Shown piece by piece: positions 1 through 11,124 of a stretch of 64,000 bases of DNA. The position numbers and the translations under genes were made by a program. The first letter of the stretch is position 1, and every line of letters starts with the position of its first letter. The DNA comes from Macrostomum lignano. Lineage: Eukaryota. The notes beneath the pieces are model-generated. The model was given only the letters and a program-made list of their open reading frames with translations. It searched no databases and had not been told where the DNA came from. Location of the stretch: NCBI GenBank assembly GCA_002269645.1, contig NIVC01002077.1:62001-126000 (forward strand). Direction: 5' to 3'.

Positions 1-261
1 CCTGTAGCGTCTGCAGCCATGTCAAACTCATTCTCATCGTCGGATCCCGAGTCGTCAATATCTTTAAATTGTTTTACGAGTTCGTTGAACATCTCCAAGG
101 CTGGGACAGTCTTACATGTAGTTTGGTCGCGAGTTCGAAGCTTCTTGCGATTGTGGCGGAGATTCCTCCGGAGAATGCTTCTGGGAGCAGTTGTAGCAAC
201 ATGCCTCTGAGCTGCAGAACCAAATCTGTCTCCCAGCCAATCAGTGGAGCGACATCCAGCT
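1..261 (-). CDS. possible internal exon of a gene running off the left edge (unidentified)
   Basis: A stop-free minus-strand frame from about 285 to the window edge reads ...RHVATTAPRSILRRNLRHNRKKLRTRDQTTCKTVPALEMFNELVKQFKDIDDSGSDDENEFDMAADATG, after a candidate acceptor (ctactcag). No family recognised. Confidence 0.25.
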
Positions 262-334
262 GAGTAGGGTTGCACGAAAACGAATTAAAGTAAAGGCTGC
301 CGCCTCGCGTGAAACTGGAACTGCCTGTAGAAAT

Positions 335-1138
335 TGCCCCTGTCTCTTGGTGGGCGCCCCTGTCTCTTGGTGGGCGCCCCTGTCTCTTGGTGGGCGCCCC
401 TGTCTCTTGGTGGGCGCCCCTGTCTCTTGGTGGGCGCCCCTGTCTCTTGGTGGGCGCCCCTGTCTCTTGGTGGGCGCCCCTGTCTCTTGGTGGGCGCCCC
501 TGTCTCTTGGTGGGCGCCCCTGTCTCTTGGTGGGCGCCCCTGTCTCTTGGTGGGCGCCCCTGTCTCTTGGTGGGCGCCCCTGTCTCTTGGTGGGCGCCCC
601 TGTCTCTTGGTGGGCGCCCCTGTCTCTTGGTGGGCGCCCCTGTCTCTTGGTGGGCGTCCCTGTTTCTTGGTGGGCCCCCTGTCTCTTGGTGGGCGCCCCT
701 GGCTCTTGGTGGGCGCCCCTGTCTCTTGGTGGGTCCACTTGTCTCTTGGTGGGCGCCCCTGTCACTTGGTGGGCCCCTGTCTCTTGGTGGGCGCCCCTGT
801 CTCTTGGTGGGCCCCTCTGTCTCTTGGTGGGCGCCCCTGTCTCTTTTTGGGTCCACTTGTCTCTTGGTGGGCGCCCCTGTCTCTTGGTGGGCGCCCCTGT
901 CTCTTTTTGGGTCCACTTGTCTCTTGGTGGGCGCCCCTGTCTCTTGGTGGGCGCCCCTGTCTCTTGGTGGGCCCCCCTGTCTCTTGGTGGGCGTCCCTGT
1001 CTCTTGGTGGGTCCACTTGTCTCTTGGTGGGCGCCCCTGTTTCTTGGTGGTCGCCCCTGTCTCTTGGTGGGCACCCCTGTCTCTTGGTGGGCGCCCCCTG
1101 TCTCTTGGTGGGTGCCCCTGTCTCTTGGTGGGCGACCT
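335..1138. repeat. 20-bp minisatellite (TGTCTCTTGGTGGGCGCCCC)n
   Basis: About 40 units; perfect from about 340-655, then degenerate. Source of six spurious ORFs. Confidence 0.97.
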
Positions 1139-1899
1139 CGATTCCTTGTGAGCCGTCTTCTAACTCATCTCTTTAAGCACCAACCATTTGAAGCACCACA
1201 CAAAGGTTTAGCTAAATATGCAGTTTCTTTTTATCATTGATAATCAATAGAAATCAATTCAAACAAATGAGCACTTCCTTTGAGCACTTCCTTTGATGCG
1301 CTGTCTTTTCTTTGTTGAAATTCGAATTTAATAGAGCCTTTTCAGGCGTGTTAAAGGTCTAAATTGCAAGCTCCCAAAGCAAAGAGCTGATGTTAATCAA
1401 AATATGTTGATTAAAACTCCACGAATTTTTTTAAATTAAAAATTGCATAGCACTTTACTATTTACACTACTGACAAGCACGGAAGCAGCTCAAATAAGTA
1501 GCATGTCGAGCACATGCGCAATCTTGAATAAAATATTTATCGGACAGTGAACGTCGGAGATCTGCATGTACCCCAACATGCACAGCAATATGAGCCAATA
1601 TAAGCCTTCAATTAAGTTGTACAATTTGCTGATAAAAGGTACGAATGCCCTACAGTCCAGAGGCACAAATTGCAAACAATACGACTTTCTTATCAGAATT
1701 TTCTTATCAACACAGTCGGGGCGGGTCATTGAAGTGAACTTCAAAGGAATTACGAGTTTAATTGCGAACCCATTCTCTTTGATGTTTCACCGACAAGTCC
1801 ATAATTTTGAGTCAACTCTCCCAGGCTTGCGTCTCGGAGAACTCGGAGAGTGTTAAACCTTTTTAACTTAACTGCAAATGTCGATTTCATCTTTGGGTT

Positions 1900-2095
1900 T
1901 TCGGGATTCTTGCAGGATTTCGAGATTCTCACAGAATTTCAGGATTCTTACAGAATTTCGGGGTTCTTGCAGGACTTCAAGATTCTTGCAGGATTTCAAG
2001 ATTCTTGCAGGATTTCAAGATTCTTGCATGACTTCGAGATTCTTGCAGGATTTCGGGATTTTTGCATGACTTCGGGATACTTGCAAGATTTCAGG
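1900..2095. repeat. degenerate ~19-20-bp tandem repeat (TTCTTGCAGGATTTCAAGA)n
   Basis: Repeated ttcttgcaggatttc/gacttc motif visible directly. Confidence 0.8.
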
Positions 2096-2721
2096 AGGAG
2101 TGCAGGAGGTGCCTTGATGTTGATATTGCACTTTGATACTGCTTCTTTGTGGCTCTGTTTTAGCACCAAGACACAGCAAATTTCTGCAACCGTGTCATAA
2201 GAACTATTTGTCAACTAAAAGTGCAAAAATGAGTCGGGTGAGCAATGGGCGACTCTCCGCAGCGGGTCAAATAGGTCTGAGTAAGAAGACTTGCAACCCA
2301 ACTCTTTCGCACTGTATGCCAGATCTGCTTCAATTTAAGTGGAGGTCAATTCTGTAAGGAGCAAGTGGCGCCATTCAAAAGGCAAAAAGGACCGAACAAT
2401 GTTGTGCGCTCTTAGTCATTAACTATGTGGAATTGCAGTTCTTTGCACAAGTGGAGCGGCTAGTTAAAGAAATGCACTTCTGCAGCATAAAAAAATTGTT
2501 TATTCAGTCAGTCGGTTGGAAATTTCCATTCAAGGGGGGGGGGAGTTCCATTCCAATCCAAACTTACTCCAGTGCTCAGAAGATATTTGAAAAAATTTGC
2601 AATGGTATTCAAATGCGCCACCTGACAAAGAATTAAAAAACTGTAAACTATAAAAACTTTAGAATCAACTTGGACTGCATTTTTGGCCATAAAAAAGCGA
2701 AATGCGGGTGATGCAGGCAAC

Positions 2722-3465
2722 CCAATTCGAGTGTGTCAGGTAAACCAATTCGAGTGTGTCAGGTAAACCAATTCGAGTGTGTCAGGTAAACCAATTCGAG
2801 TGTGTCAGGTAAACCAATTCGAGTGTGTCAGATAAACCAATTCGAGTGTGTCAGGTAAACTAATTCGAGTGTGTCAGGTAAACCAATTCGAGTGTGTCAG
2901 GTAAACCAATTCGAGTGTGTCAGATAAACCAATTCGAGTGTGTCAGGTAAACTAATTCGAGTGTGTCAGGTAAACCAATTCGAGTGTGTCAGGTAAACCA
3001 ATTCGAGTGTGTCAGGTAAACCAATTCGAGTGTGTCAGGTAAACCAATTCGAGTGTGTCAGGTAAACCAATTCGAGTGTGTCAGGTAAACCAATTCGAGT
3101 GTGTCAGGTAAACCGATTTGAGTGTGTCAGGTAAACCGATTTGAGTGTGTTAGTAAACCAATTTGCTGACAGGAGACAGGAGTGTGTCAGGTAAACTAAT
3201 TCGAGTGTGTCAGGTAAACCAATTCGAGTGTGTCAGGTAAACCAATTCGAGTGTGTCAGGTAAACCAATTCGAGTGTGTCAGGTAAACCAATTCGAGTGT
3301 GTCAGGTAAACCAATTCGAGTGTGTCAGGTAAACCAATTCTAGTGTGCCAGGAGAAGAAATTCGAGTGTGTCAGGTAAACCAATTCGAGTGTGTCAGGTA
3401 AACCAATGTGAGTGTGTCAGGAGAACCAATTCGAGTGTCAGGAGAAGAAATTCGAGTGTGTCAGG
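2722..3465. repeat. 23-bp minisatellite (CCAATTCGAGTGTGTCAGGTAAA)n
   Basis: Period 23 (ccaatt at 2722, 2745, ...), about 30 copies, with an interruption near 3165-3180. Confidence 0.96.
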
Positions 3466-4310
3466 ACCAATGCGGACGTGTCAGTTGCGCTATTTGTGTT
3501 GTGTCAGTTTCGCCAATTGTGGTGTGTCAGATGCGCCAATTGTGGTGCGTCAAACCCTCCCCTTCGTCGCTAAAGACGGAATTCGCTAAAAAACAGTTCC
3601 CAGTCTTCAAAGTGGCCTCAGTCTTTCCGAACTATCCTAATCTTATTATCTCAGTGGAAAATTGAAAGAAACAGCCCACGCAATTTAGCTAAATTTAGTA
3701 AATTTCCTCTGCATTGACAATTAGGTCTGGGGCTGAGTCAAAGCTACCATTTGCTGTTCGAGAGGCGGTCAACGTGCCACGCAGGAATTCGGAGGCAGCA
3801 AGCCGCAGTTGGTGGCGGTTAAAACCGCCTTCGTTTGGCGGCAGCAGTTAAACAGACAGAAAAATCAGCTGGCTTGGCCCGGGCTTTGCCAGCTTTTCGG
3901 GTAAGTCACGGGAATTGCCTGAAATAGAAGACTCAGGCCGCTGCCCTAAGAAGGTCAAATGGGCGCCCTGGCGCGTTCATCAGGGGGAGGTGGGTCCTAC
4001 GTCTCAGAGAGTGTACATTGGTTTTCTAGCTGCCTGCTGTGCGAGCTTGACCCACCAACCCCCCGGCCCCTCCGCCCGGCCTGCCAGCACAACACACCCC
4101 CCCAACCAGCAGCAGCCACTCAGAGCCATCCAGCTAAAACCGGTTTCCAACCCCGTAGTCTACAAACCCATAACCCACGCCCCCTCAGACCCGCCAAGAG
4201 TCTCGAACTGCATGATTCAAAAGCTAAAAGGACTTCTTCAAAGTCATTAGATATACTTTTACGTTTAGGGTTTACCAAATCTACTTGGGAGACTCAAAAT
4301 CAACGGCGAA

Positions 4311-4800
4311 ATGTCCACCGAAATGTCCACCGAGATGTCCACGGATCCGCTCTTCTCGGCCCGCAAAGTGCTGGTGCTGTACACTGGCGGCACCATTGGC
4401 ATGAAAGACCTGGGCAAAGGCTACGAGGCCGTGCCGCACTATTTCGAGTCCTCGCTAAGAGAAAGCGACCTGTTTCACGATAAGCGGGTGAGCAACAAGA
4501 TTGGAGATTTCATGCTGCTACCGCAGACAGAGCCGGCCATTGCCTACCGCATTGTCGAATACGACCCGGTGATCGACTCGTGCGACATCAGCTCCAGCGA
4601 CTACATTCGAATTGCGCAGGATGTGAGCGCCAACTATAAGCAGTACGACGGATTTATCATCCTACACGGCACGGACACTCTGGCGTACACGGCGTCCGTG
4701 CTGTCATTCATGTTCGAAAACCTTGGCAAGACGGTGGTTATCACCGGAGCTCAGATTCCTATTTTTGAGATTCGCAGCGACGGTCGGGACAACTTCCTTG
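4311..4800 (+). CDS. ASPG: ASPG exon 1 (catalytic TGGT and HGTDT motifs)
   Basis: ATG at 4311; donor G|GTGAGT at 4801 (phase 1). Confidence 0.93.
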
Positions 4801-6983
4801 GTGAGTCTACAGTTCAACCGAACTCTTAGCGGAGGCAAAGTACAATGCGGCAACTATAAAAATAGTGCCTGTACTGTGAGCGACAGTTTTCCTGTACAGG
4901 GGAAGAAAGAGAAGAGAGCAGAAAAAATCTGCAATCTGCATGCTTCTTGTGCAATGGTAACCTTTTTGGCGATAGAGGGGTGAATACAAAATTGTGCTCT
5001 AGCCTTTCAAATTGCCGTATTTTCAGGACTTCAAAACAAGTTACAAGTTTGAAGCTGATGTCTATATTAAACTTGCGTACGCTGCATAATTTGCTTGAAG
5101 TGAATCCTTTCTTGATATTACACAGGTGCCCTTCAGATTGCCGGACACTTCTCTATCCCAGAGGCCACCGTGTTCTTTGACAACAATCTGTACCGCGGAA
5201 ACCGCGTCACTAAGGTCAGCTCGACTGCATTCAGGGCCTTTCAAAGCCCGAACTTGGCGCCTTTGGCTACGCTTGGTCTAAACATCGAGGTAAACTGGCC
5301 TCTCGTACTGAAGCCAATGAAGCTGCAACCGTTCCAAGTGAGCACTACGCTCTCCTCGAATGTCACCATTCTGCGCCTTTTTCCTGCGCTCTCGCCGACA
5401 ACCATCGCTGCCTGCATGGCGCCGCCAATCGAAGGCGTCGTGTTGCAATCCTACGGCGCCGGCAATATTCCGGTACTCCGTCAGGATGTTATCGACGTCT
5501 TCAAAAAAGCTGTGGCCCGCGGTGTCATCATTGTCAACATCACCCAGTGCCAGAAGGGCGCCGTGATGGGTCTCTATGCCACAGGTTTGTCTTGAACTAA
5601 ATTGTACTTTTGAAAGAGCATGTACAAGCAGGTGACAAAATTTTGACTGGTCTGACTGATACCTTCCCATTTTCACAGGTAAAATGTTGTACGACATCGG
5701 TGTATGCCCGGGTCACGACATGACAGCTGAGGCGGCGGTAGCCAAGCTGATGTACGTCTGCGGCAAGTCCTGGAGCCTCGAACGCAAATTCAAGGCAATG
5801 CAAAAATGCCTCCGCGGAGAGCTGCACGATCCCACGGTCCACTCGGACGATAGCGCGATGAACAAGCGGCTGCTTTCCCTGCTGGCCGATGCGTTCAACC
5901 TGCCCGTCGACGAGGATGCCACTACGATTCGAGACGAGTTCCTGCCGGCGTTAATGGCAGCGGCGGTAAAAGAGGCGAATCTAGAGTACCTTAAGAGTCT
6001 GGGCAACATGGCAGGACACTTTCAGGTTGGAGACTTACACCTGACATGAATGTATCTGCGCCCACTCTTCATTCAGTTAGTCCTACTAAGCAGATTATAT
6101 AGTCCTACCTTGTCATTGCTAACACGATGCAGATTAAAAAAACTACTAACCGCCACCACTAACAACTAACCACTTCAAAAGACGTTGCAATCGCAAATCG
6201 TGCAAATTTCACTGGAGCCTGGCAACGCGAAATGCATTAGCGATATTTGAAGTTGTCTGTTTCTAGCACCTCTCCTTCTGAAATTCAAAAGTAAAAAAAT
6301 CGAGTCTATGTTTCCCTCAAGGTTGATTAGCTAGTTACATAATTACATAACTTAGCGAAGCGAAGTCCTACTTTAGTTTCCCTGCTTTGTAAATTCCGTT
6401 CGGTAGCAGCGTCAATGCCTTGTGCAGATTCGACATCGCTTTCGTTCAATTCCAGGTGACGGACTGCTTGGGCCGCACTCCGCTGCACTACGCGGCCCTC
6501 TTCGGCAGCGCCGCCTGTGCCGAGCTGCTGCTGTCTAGCGGCGCTCTCGTCAACTACGTCGACTCGGACGGGCACACACCTCTGCAAATCGCCATGCAGC
6601 GCGGCCACACGGACGTGATCCGCAAACTAATCGACACCGGCGCTCACCTGTCAACCGTAAATCCTCAAACTATTGGCAGTCAGCTGTGCAGCTACGCAGC
6701 TGTTGGCGACGTCAAAGGCATCGAAGGCTATCTGGCAGCGGGAGTGTCAGCCGACGTCGCCGACTACGATGGCAGACGACCGCTGCACCTGGCCGTGCGC
6801 TACCGACGACTGGACGCCGCCAGGCTACTGCTGCAAGCCGGCGCCGATCCGAGGCGGGCCGACAACTTTGGTCGCGCGCCGATCGACGAACTGGCGAGCG
6901 CTCCGGAGCACGAGCATTTCGCCGTAGAGTTTGGCAAACTGCTTCGCCTGCCGTCCGTGCTCGCCAATGGTGGAGCTGAGTGA
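4311..6983 (+). CDS. ASPG: L-asparaginase type I / 60-kDa lysophospholipase with C-terminal ankyrin repeats (whole gene, 4 exons, 607 aa)
   Basis: join(4311..4800,5126..5584,5679..6025,6456..6983) = 1824 nt, all GT-AG and in phase. Motifs VLVLYTGGTIGM, HGTDTLAYTAS, FDNNLYRGNR, SYGAGN and DMTAEAAVAKL, then ankyrin repeats GRTPLHYAA, GHTPLQIA and GRRPLHLAV. Confidence 0.93.
5126..5584 (+). CDS. ASPG: ASPG exon 2
   Basis: Acceptor ttacacag|GT joins NFLG|ALQIAGHFSIPEATVFFDNN; donor G|GTTTGT. Confidence 0.92.
5679..6025 (+). CDS. ASPG: ASPG exon 3
   Basis: Acceptor tttcacag|GT gives ATG|KMLYDIGVCPGHDMT; donor CAG|GTTGGA. Confidence 0.88.
6456..6983 (+). CDS. ASPG: ASPG exon 4 (ankyrin repeats)
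   Basis: Acceptor caattccag|GTG gives VTDCLGRTPLHY...; stop TGA at 6981-6983. Confidence 0.9.
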   Translation: MTDCLGRTPLHYAALFGSAACAELLLSSGALVNYVDSDGHTPLQIAMQRGHTDVIRKLIDTGAHLSTVNPQTIGSQLCSYAAVGDVKGIEGYLAAGVSADVADYDGRRPLHLAVRYRRLDAARLLLQAGADPRRADNFGRAPIDELASAPEHEHFAVEFGKLLRLPSVLANGGAE

Positions 6984-7857
6984 AGATATTTGACAACGAT
7001 TTGAGCTGTGTAGAAGCAGCTTTGTCGCCATCCCCCTGCTCGAACGTTTTTCTCCTGGCGCTCCTCTCTCCTGTTTTTAGCTCCTGCTTGAGAAATCTGC
7101 CATCAATTTTTTAAGTTTTTCATTCATTAATTTCCTATCATTTTGAATTCGTTGCTGGAAGCAAATTTCTCTCACACGGAGTTCATTTCATTTTTGCTAT
7201 TTTGCTAGTCACATTCGTTTTACATGGAAACTTACTGAGCTCATGATGTCGATCAAATTCACAGTTATGAAATCAGTATGCGTTGCTACTGAGACAGGAC
7301 CGGTGGTTACTGGAACAAGCTAGCTTGTACTGATGACGTCATCATACTACACTATGCACTGAACCTTCGAAAAAGTTTGAAAGTTTCAAAAAACGAGCAG
7401 CGCGACCCTCGCTAATTCTGCTTCTGTAACCCAACTAAATGCTCTCGTTATTTCTAGTTTGGGTACTTTCCGACACTTATTAGCTTTCATCCCTACTGAG
7501 AGTAGTTTACTAAATATTATTTTTCGCTTATCTTAATAGATTCCTGTTTATGGTTTTTGCCTTTCTTCTTTCTTGCTACAACAATATACCAAGACTCGAT
7601 GGTGAATCGGCCCTTTACTGACGTTTAGGTCCGGTTATTAAGAACGTTTTGAAAGCACAAGAAAATCATCATCATTGCAGGCCAGCTGCACTTCCAAAGC
7701 AGCTTTTGTTAATTCATTTATTGAAGGACTCATCCGGAGATAGGAATTATTAATTAGTTTTTAAAACAAGCAAAGAAATGCGAGTAACTTTAACCCTGCT
7801 GCTAATGTTGAAGGAAGCAGATTGTCGCCAAACTGTTGTCATACGAAGAAACGAGGC

Positions 7858-8595
7858 TGTGAACTTAAGAGTCAGAATGGAGCCCGAAACATCCGGTCCT
7901 GATTTCTCTAGGCCAATCTCTTCATTTGCATGGCGTCAAATAACTCCCCTTATGCCTAAAACCGACCACTTTAGAATTTGGGGATCTCTATGGGGAGAAA
8001 TGGGATGAATGGGGATTTCATGTGATCGGAAAATCTCCCTGTGTTATTTTGAGTTTAAGTTTGTTTTAATTGTGTTTTTTTCTCAGGACCCTCTAGTATA
8101 TAGCCATTAATGAAACATTGTACTAAAAACTTGACGTTAGTTGCATGAGAATGATTCAGGGCATGTACGTTTAGGAGTTACTGAAGAATGGTGAACGCTT
8201 CAACCTGTTGTTTTACGCAAATCAAAGCCTCAAATATGTCTTGAGGACTTTTTCAGTGTATTTTTCGTCAAGAAAGTAGATTAATCACGTGATAAGGTAA
8301 TAAGCACCAACGATGTACAACGATGTACAACGAGTGGATAGGCAGAATGAAGCACTCGTTCACAAAAACGCTGAATGAGCTGGGGTGGGGGCGGGGGATA
8401 ACAAACATTATTAAGAGATAACATAATGGAGGCATAACATAACATTACTATCGCTCCTTGTCTTCATACAAACATAAAAAGAGCGTTTATCATGGTCATC
8501 TCGTCATTCAAGCAGTTGAAGCTCCAAATGAAGGGACTGGCGTAGAGAAATCAGGACCGGATATTTCGGGCTCCATTTGGACTCTTAAGTTCACA
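7858..8595. mobile_element. MITE-like element with ~70-bp imperfect inverted repeats
   Basis: 7858-7928 (tgtgaacttaagagtcagaatggagcccgaaacatccggtcctgatttctcta...) is the near-exact reverse complement of 8525-8595. Non-coding interior; no clear TSD. Confidence 0.6.
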
Positions 8596-9915
8596 TTCTC
8601 TTTTATCATACTGATACTGACTGTTTTGAGGCGTCTTACAGTAAAGTTTTCTATGCATAATACTTCAAAAAGTTTAGCAGTTGCTCCCGGACAACACCTA
8701 AAAACGTTGAGGCCGATCGTTCAACATCATACGAGTATACCAAGCTTTTTAGTGCCCTTTTGGACACGATCATGTACATGTAGCAGTTCTCAGAGATGCC
8801 TGCTTGTGTCGTGGTCGAGCGATTCACACCTATGAGGGCCAATCTCCAAGGCACGGAGAGCGTACATGCCTGGACGATTAGAAAGTCAGGGCCTAGAATC
8901 GTAGGCGTTTAGGAACGAAGGTCCCCTCAAGGCACGAAGTGGGTGATCGAGAATTAATTGCTGAGATAAAAAGCTACCAAAGGCCATGAAAGCTCCCTCC
9001 CATCTCGACAAAATTGCAGCCTCAATGTCATCCTTCAGACGAGAATGAGATGAGAATTTTCTGGTGAATCGCATGAAATTGAACCAGGTGTCGTCGCACG
9101 CGAGTAATGTGAGTTAACCGCTACACTGCTCCGTTCCGTTCCGTCCCAAACCTTGCCTTGACCGCCAAAGCTCCGTGTTGTTTCAGGCTGTTGTCGAGAC
9201 AAGACAAAGTGTTGCTGCACAACTGCAGAACCCTGGATTAGAACAGACCTCTGGAGCGCCACATTTAAATTTGGCAAGGAGTACCGGACTTAATATCTTG
9301 CGTGAGCTATAGTACACTTCCTGACTTACACACAAGTTAAACACAATAATAATAAAGCAATAGCAAAATTTCAATGATGATTTTCGAAAGCAAGTGAACA
9401 ATTCTAAATTCGAACACAAAATGTCAAAGCTAAATAAGGGAACAAAGTTGCGGCCTGTGGTCTGTGACTTTCTGCGAAGTAGCGTGAATGAGACAAGTCT
9501 GCACTGTTGAACCGTATCACTCCGAACTCATCCGGCCCAGTTCTGGGCCAGACTTCAGTACTGCGACGTCTGCAACTTCTCTTCCGAGTCCAGACTCCTC
9601 TTCCACGAGAAGGTAGTTGATCTCTGTCTGGAACACGCAAGGTCAGCCTTCCATTCCCACGACAATTCAACTTTTATGCCGCCAGTCTGCAATAAAAGTA
9701 CCCATATGTAGGCGCGGAACCCCAGATTCTGGACGGGCGCGCCTTCTATATTTGCGCGCCATTTTATTGTGGGTTGTACTTTTGCGCGGCACGATACCAA
9801 TGAGCAGCGAAATTGTTACACGGGATAATTTCTGTGGGAGTTGGAAAAAATCAAATTATGTATCTCACTTAGCCTGGATCACTTGTCTGGAAGCTTTCAC
9901 TTCCAGAAGATCTGA

Positions 9916-11124
9916 GGGTGTTTCATAGATTTGACAAGCTACAAGTGAATAGTGACAAGTTAAAAAATTACAAGTGCTACAGATTTTTGTTTCATGGACT
10001 GATTTGTTAATCTAGTGACAAGTTACAAGCTGACTGAGTAGTGAACTAGATATCTATGGGCCAAACATCACGGTTGTACGCCGCCTCCTGATGTGTGTTG
10101 GCCACTGGCAGGGGTGTCAACAAATAGTCTCTGTTCGGATAGGCGCTGTCACCAAGGAGATAGCCATTTGGGTGAGGTCGCCATCCAGCACCCAGCAGTT
10201 CTTGCAGTGTGCTTCTCAGAAAAACCCTGGCGTCATTCACTGCCCCAGGCCACCTTGCGGACACGTAAGAATCGATGATTGGGGTCACACACTAGCATCA
10301 CATTCACGGAAGCATTACCGTGGCGATTCACATACTGCTCCGGATTGACACTTGGTTTCATTATTCGTACATGGATGCCGTCGATGCAGCCAAGCACACA
10401 TGGCAGGCCAGCAATGTCTCGGAACTCTTCAGCAGACTGTCGATTCGCGTTGGCGCCCTCCGGCCACTTCACCAGCTCTGGCAGCAGCAGATCGTTCACC
10501 ACACTCACTACTCGATGCATACATGTACATGTAGCTCTGCTCACTGTCGGTTTCGATACACCATGAGCATCGGCAATTGTGCTATAATTCGCACCGGTCG
10601 CTAGGTAGCGCAAGGCGATTCGCACTTGCTGTGACGGCTCCAGAGCTACATTCGTTCGAGTGGGGTGCTGCAGGCGATGTCCTATCAAAGTACCACGTCC
10701 TCCTCAGTCAGTCGAAATCGTGACTGGTGATGATCGGCGCGATCCTCAAATTGAAAGTTTATTCGTGGTTTAAAAATTCTGGGTCTCTTTGCCAATGCAA
10801 CGTGGCCAATAGCTTCGTCCAAAGAGTCCGAAACAGAATCGAACATGTTGCCACGCGAAGCGAACTCTGATAGTTACAAGTTTGTCAAATCTCGCGGGAC
10901 TACTCAAGCTTGTCGAAAATCAAACGCTGCTCAGTCTTCAAGAAACAAACCGCTTGTAACTAGCACTTGTCACTACTCACTTGTCACTTGTCAAAACTTG
11001 TCACTTGTCACTTGTCAGAACTTGTCACTTGTCACTTGTCACTTTTAATTCTATGAAACGGAAATCGCTACTCACTGCTCACTTGTCGCACTTGTAACTC
11101 TGACAAGCGGTCTATGAAACACCC
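9916..11124 (-). mobile_element. PIF/Harbinger DNA transposon, internally deleted non-autonomous copy
   Basis: 14-bp TIRs GGGTGTTTCATAGA (9916-9929) and TCTATGAAACACCC (11111-11124); subterminal ACTTGTC/GACAAGT repeats at both ends; HARBI1-like nuclease remnant inside. Confidence 0.88.
10046..10846 (-). pseudogene. Harbinger (HARBI1-like, DDE_Tnp_4) transposase pseudogene
   Basis: Three frames join to MFDSVSD...FRLTEEDVV / LIGHRL...ALRYLATGANYSTIADAHGVSKPTVSR...GCIDGIHV...NRHGNASVNVMLVCD / YVSARWPGAVNDARVF...LLGDSAY...LLTP. Frameshifts near 10688 and 10270; truncated after AAYNR. Confidence 0.9.

Noticed and set aside
74-1240. Six overlapping ~280-aa ORFs
   Set aside because: All frames are open only because of the 20-bp repeat. 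The same applies to repeat ORFs at 18-19, 25.6-26.6, 34.5-35.5, 42.4-43.6, 48.2-49, 52.5-55 and 59.2-60.8 kb.
2722-3465. CRISPR-like appearance of 23-58-bp repeats here and elsewhere
   Set aside because: The units are head-to-tail with no unique spacers, no cas genes are present, and the context is eukaryotic and intron-containing.
4311-6983. Horizontal transfer of a bacterial type I asparaginase
   Set aside because: Three spliceosomal introns and the C-terminal ankyrin repeats match the standard animal ASPG architecture.
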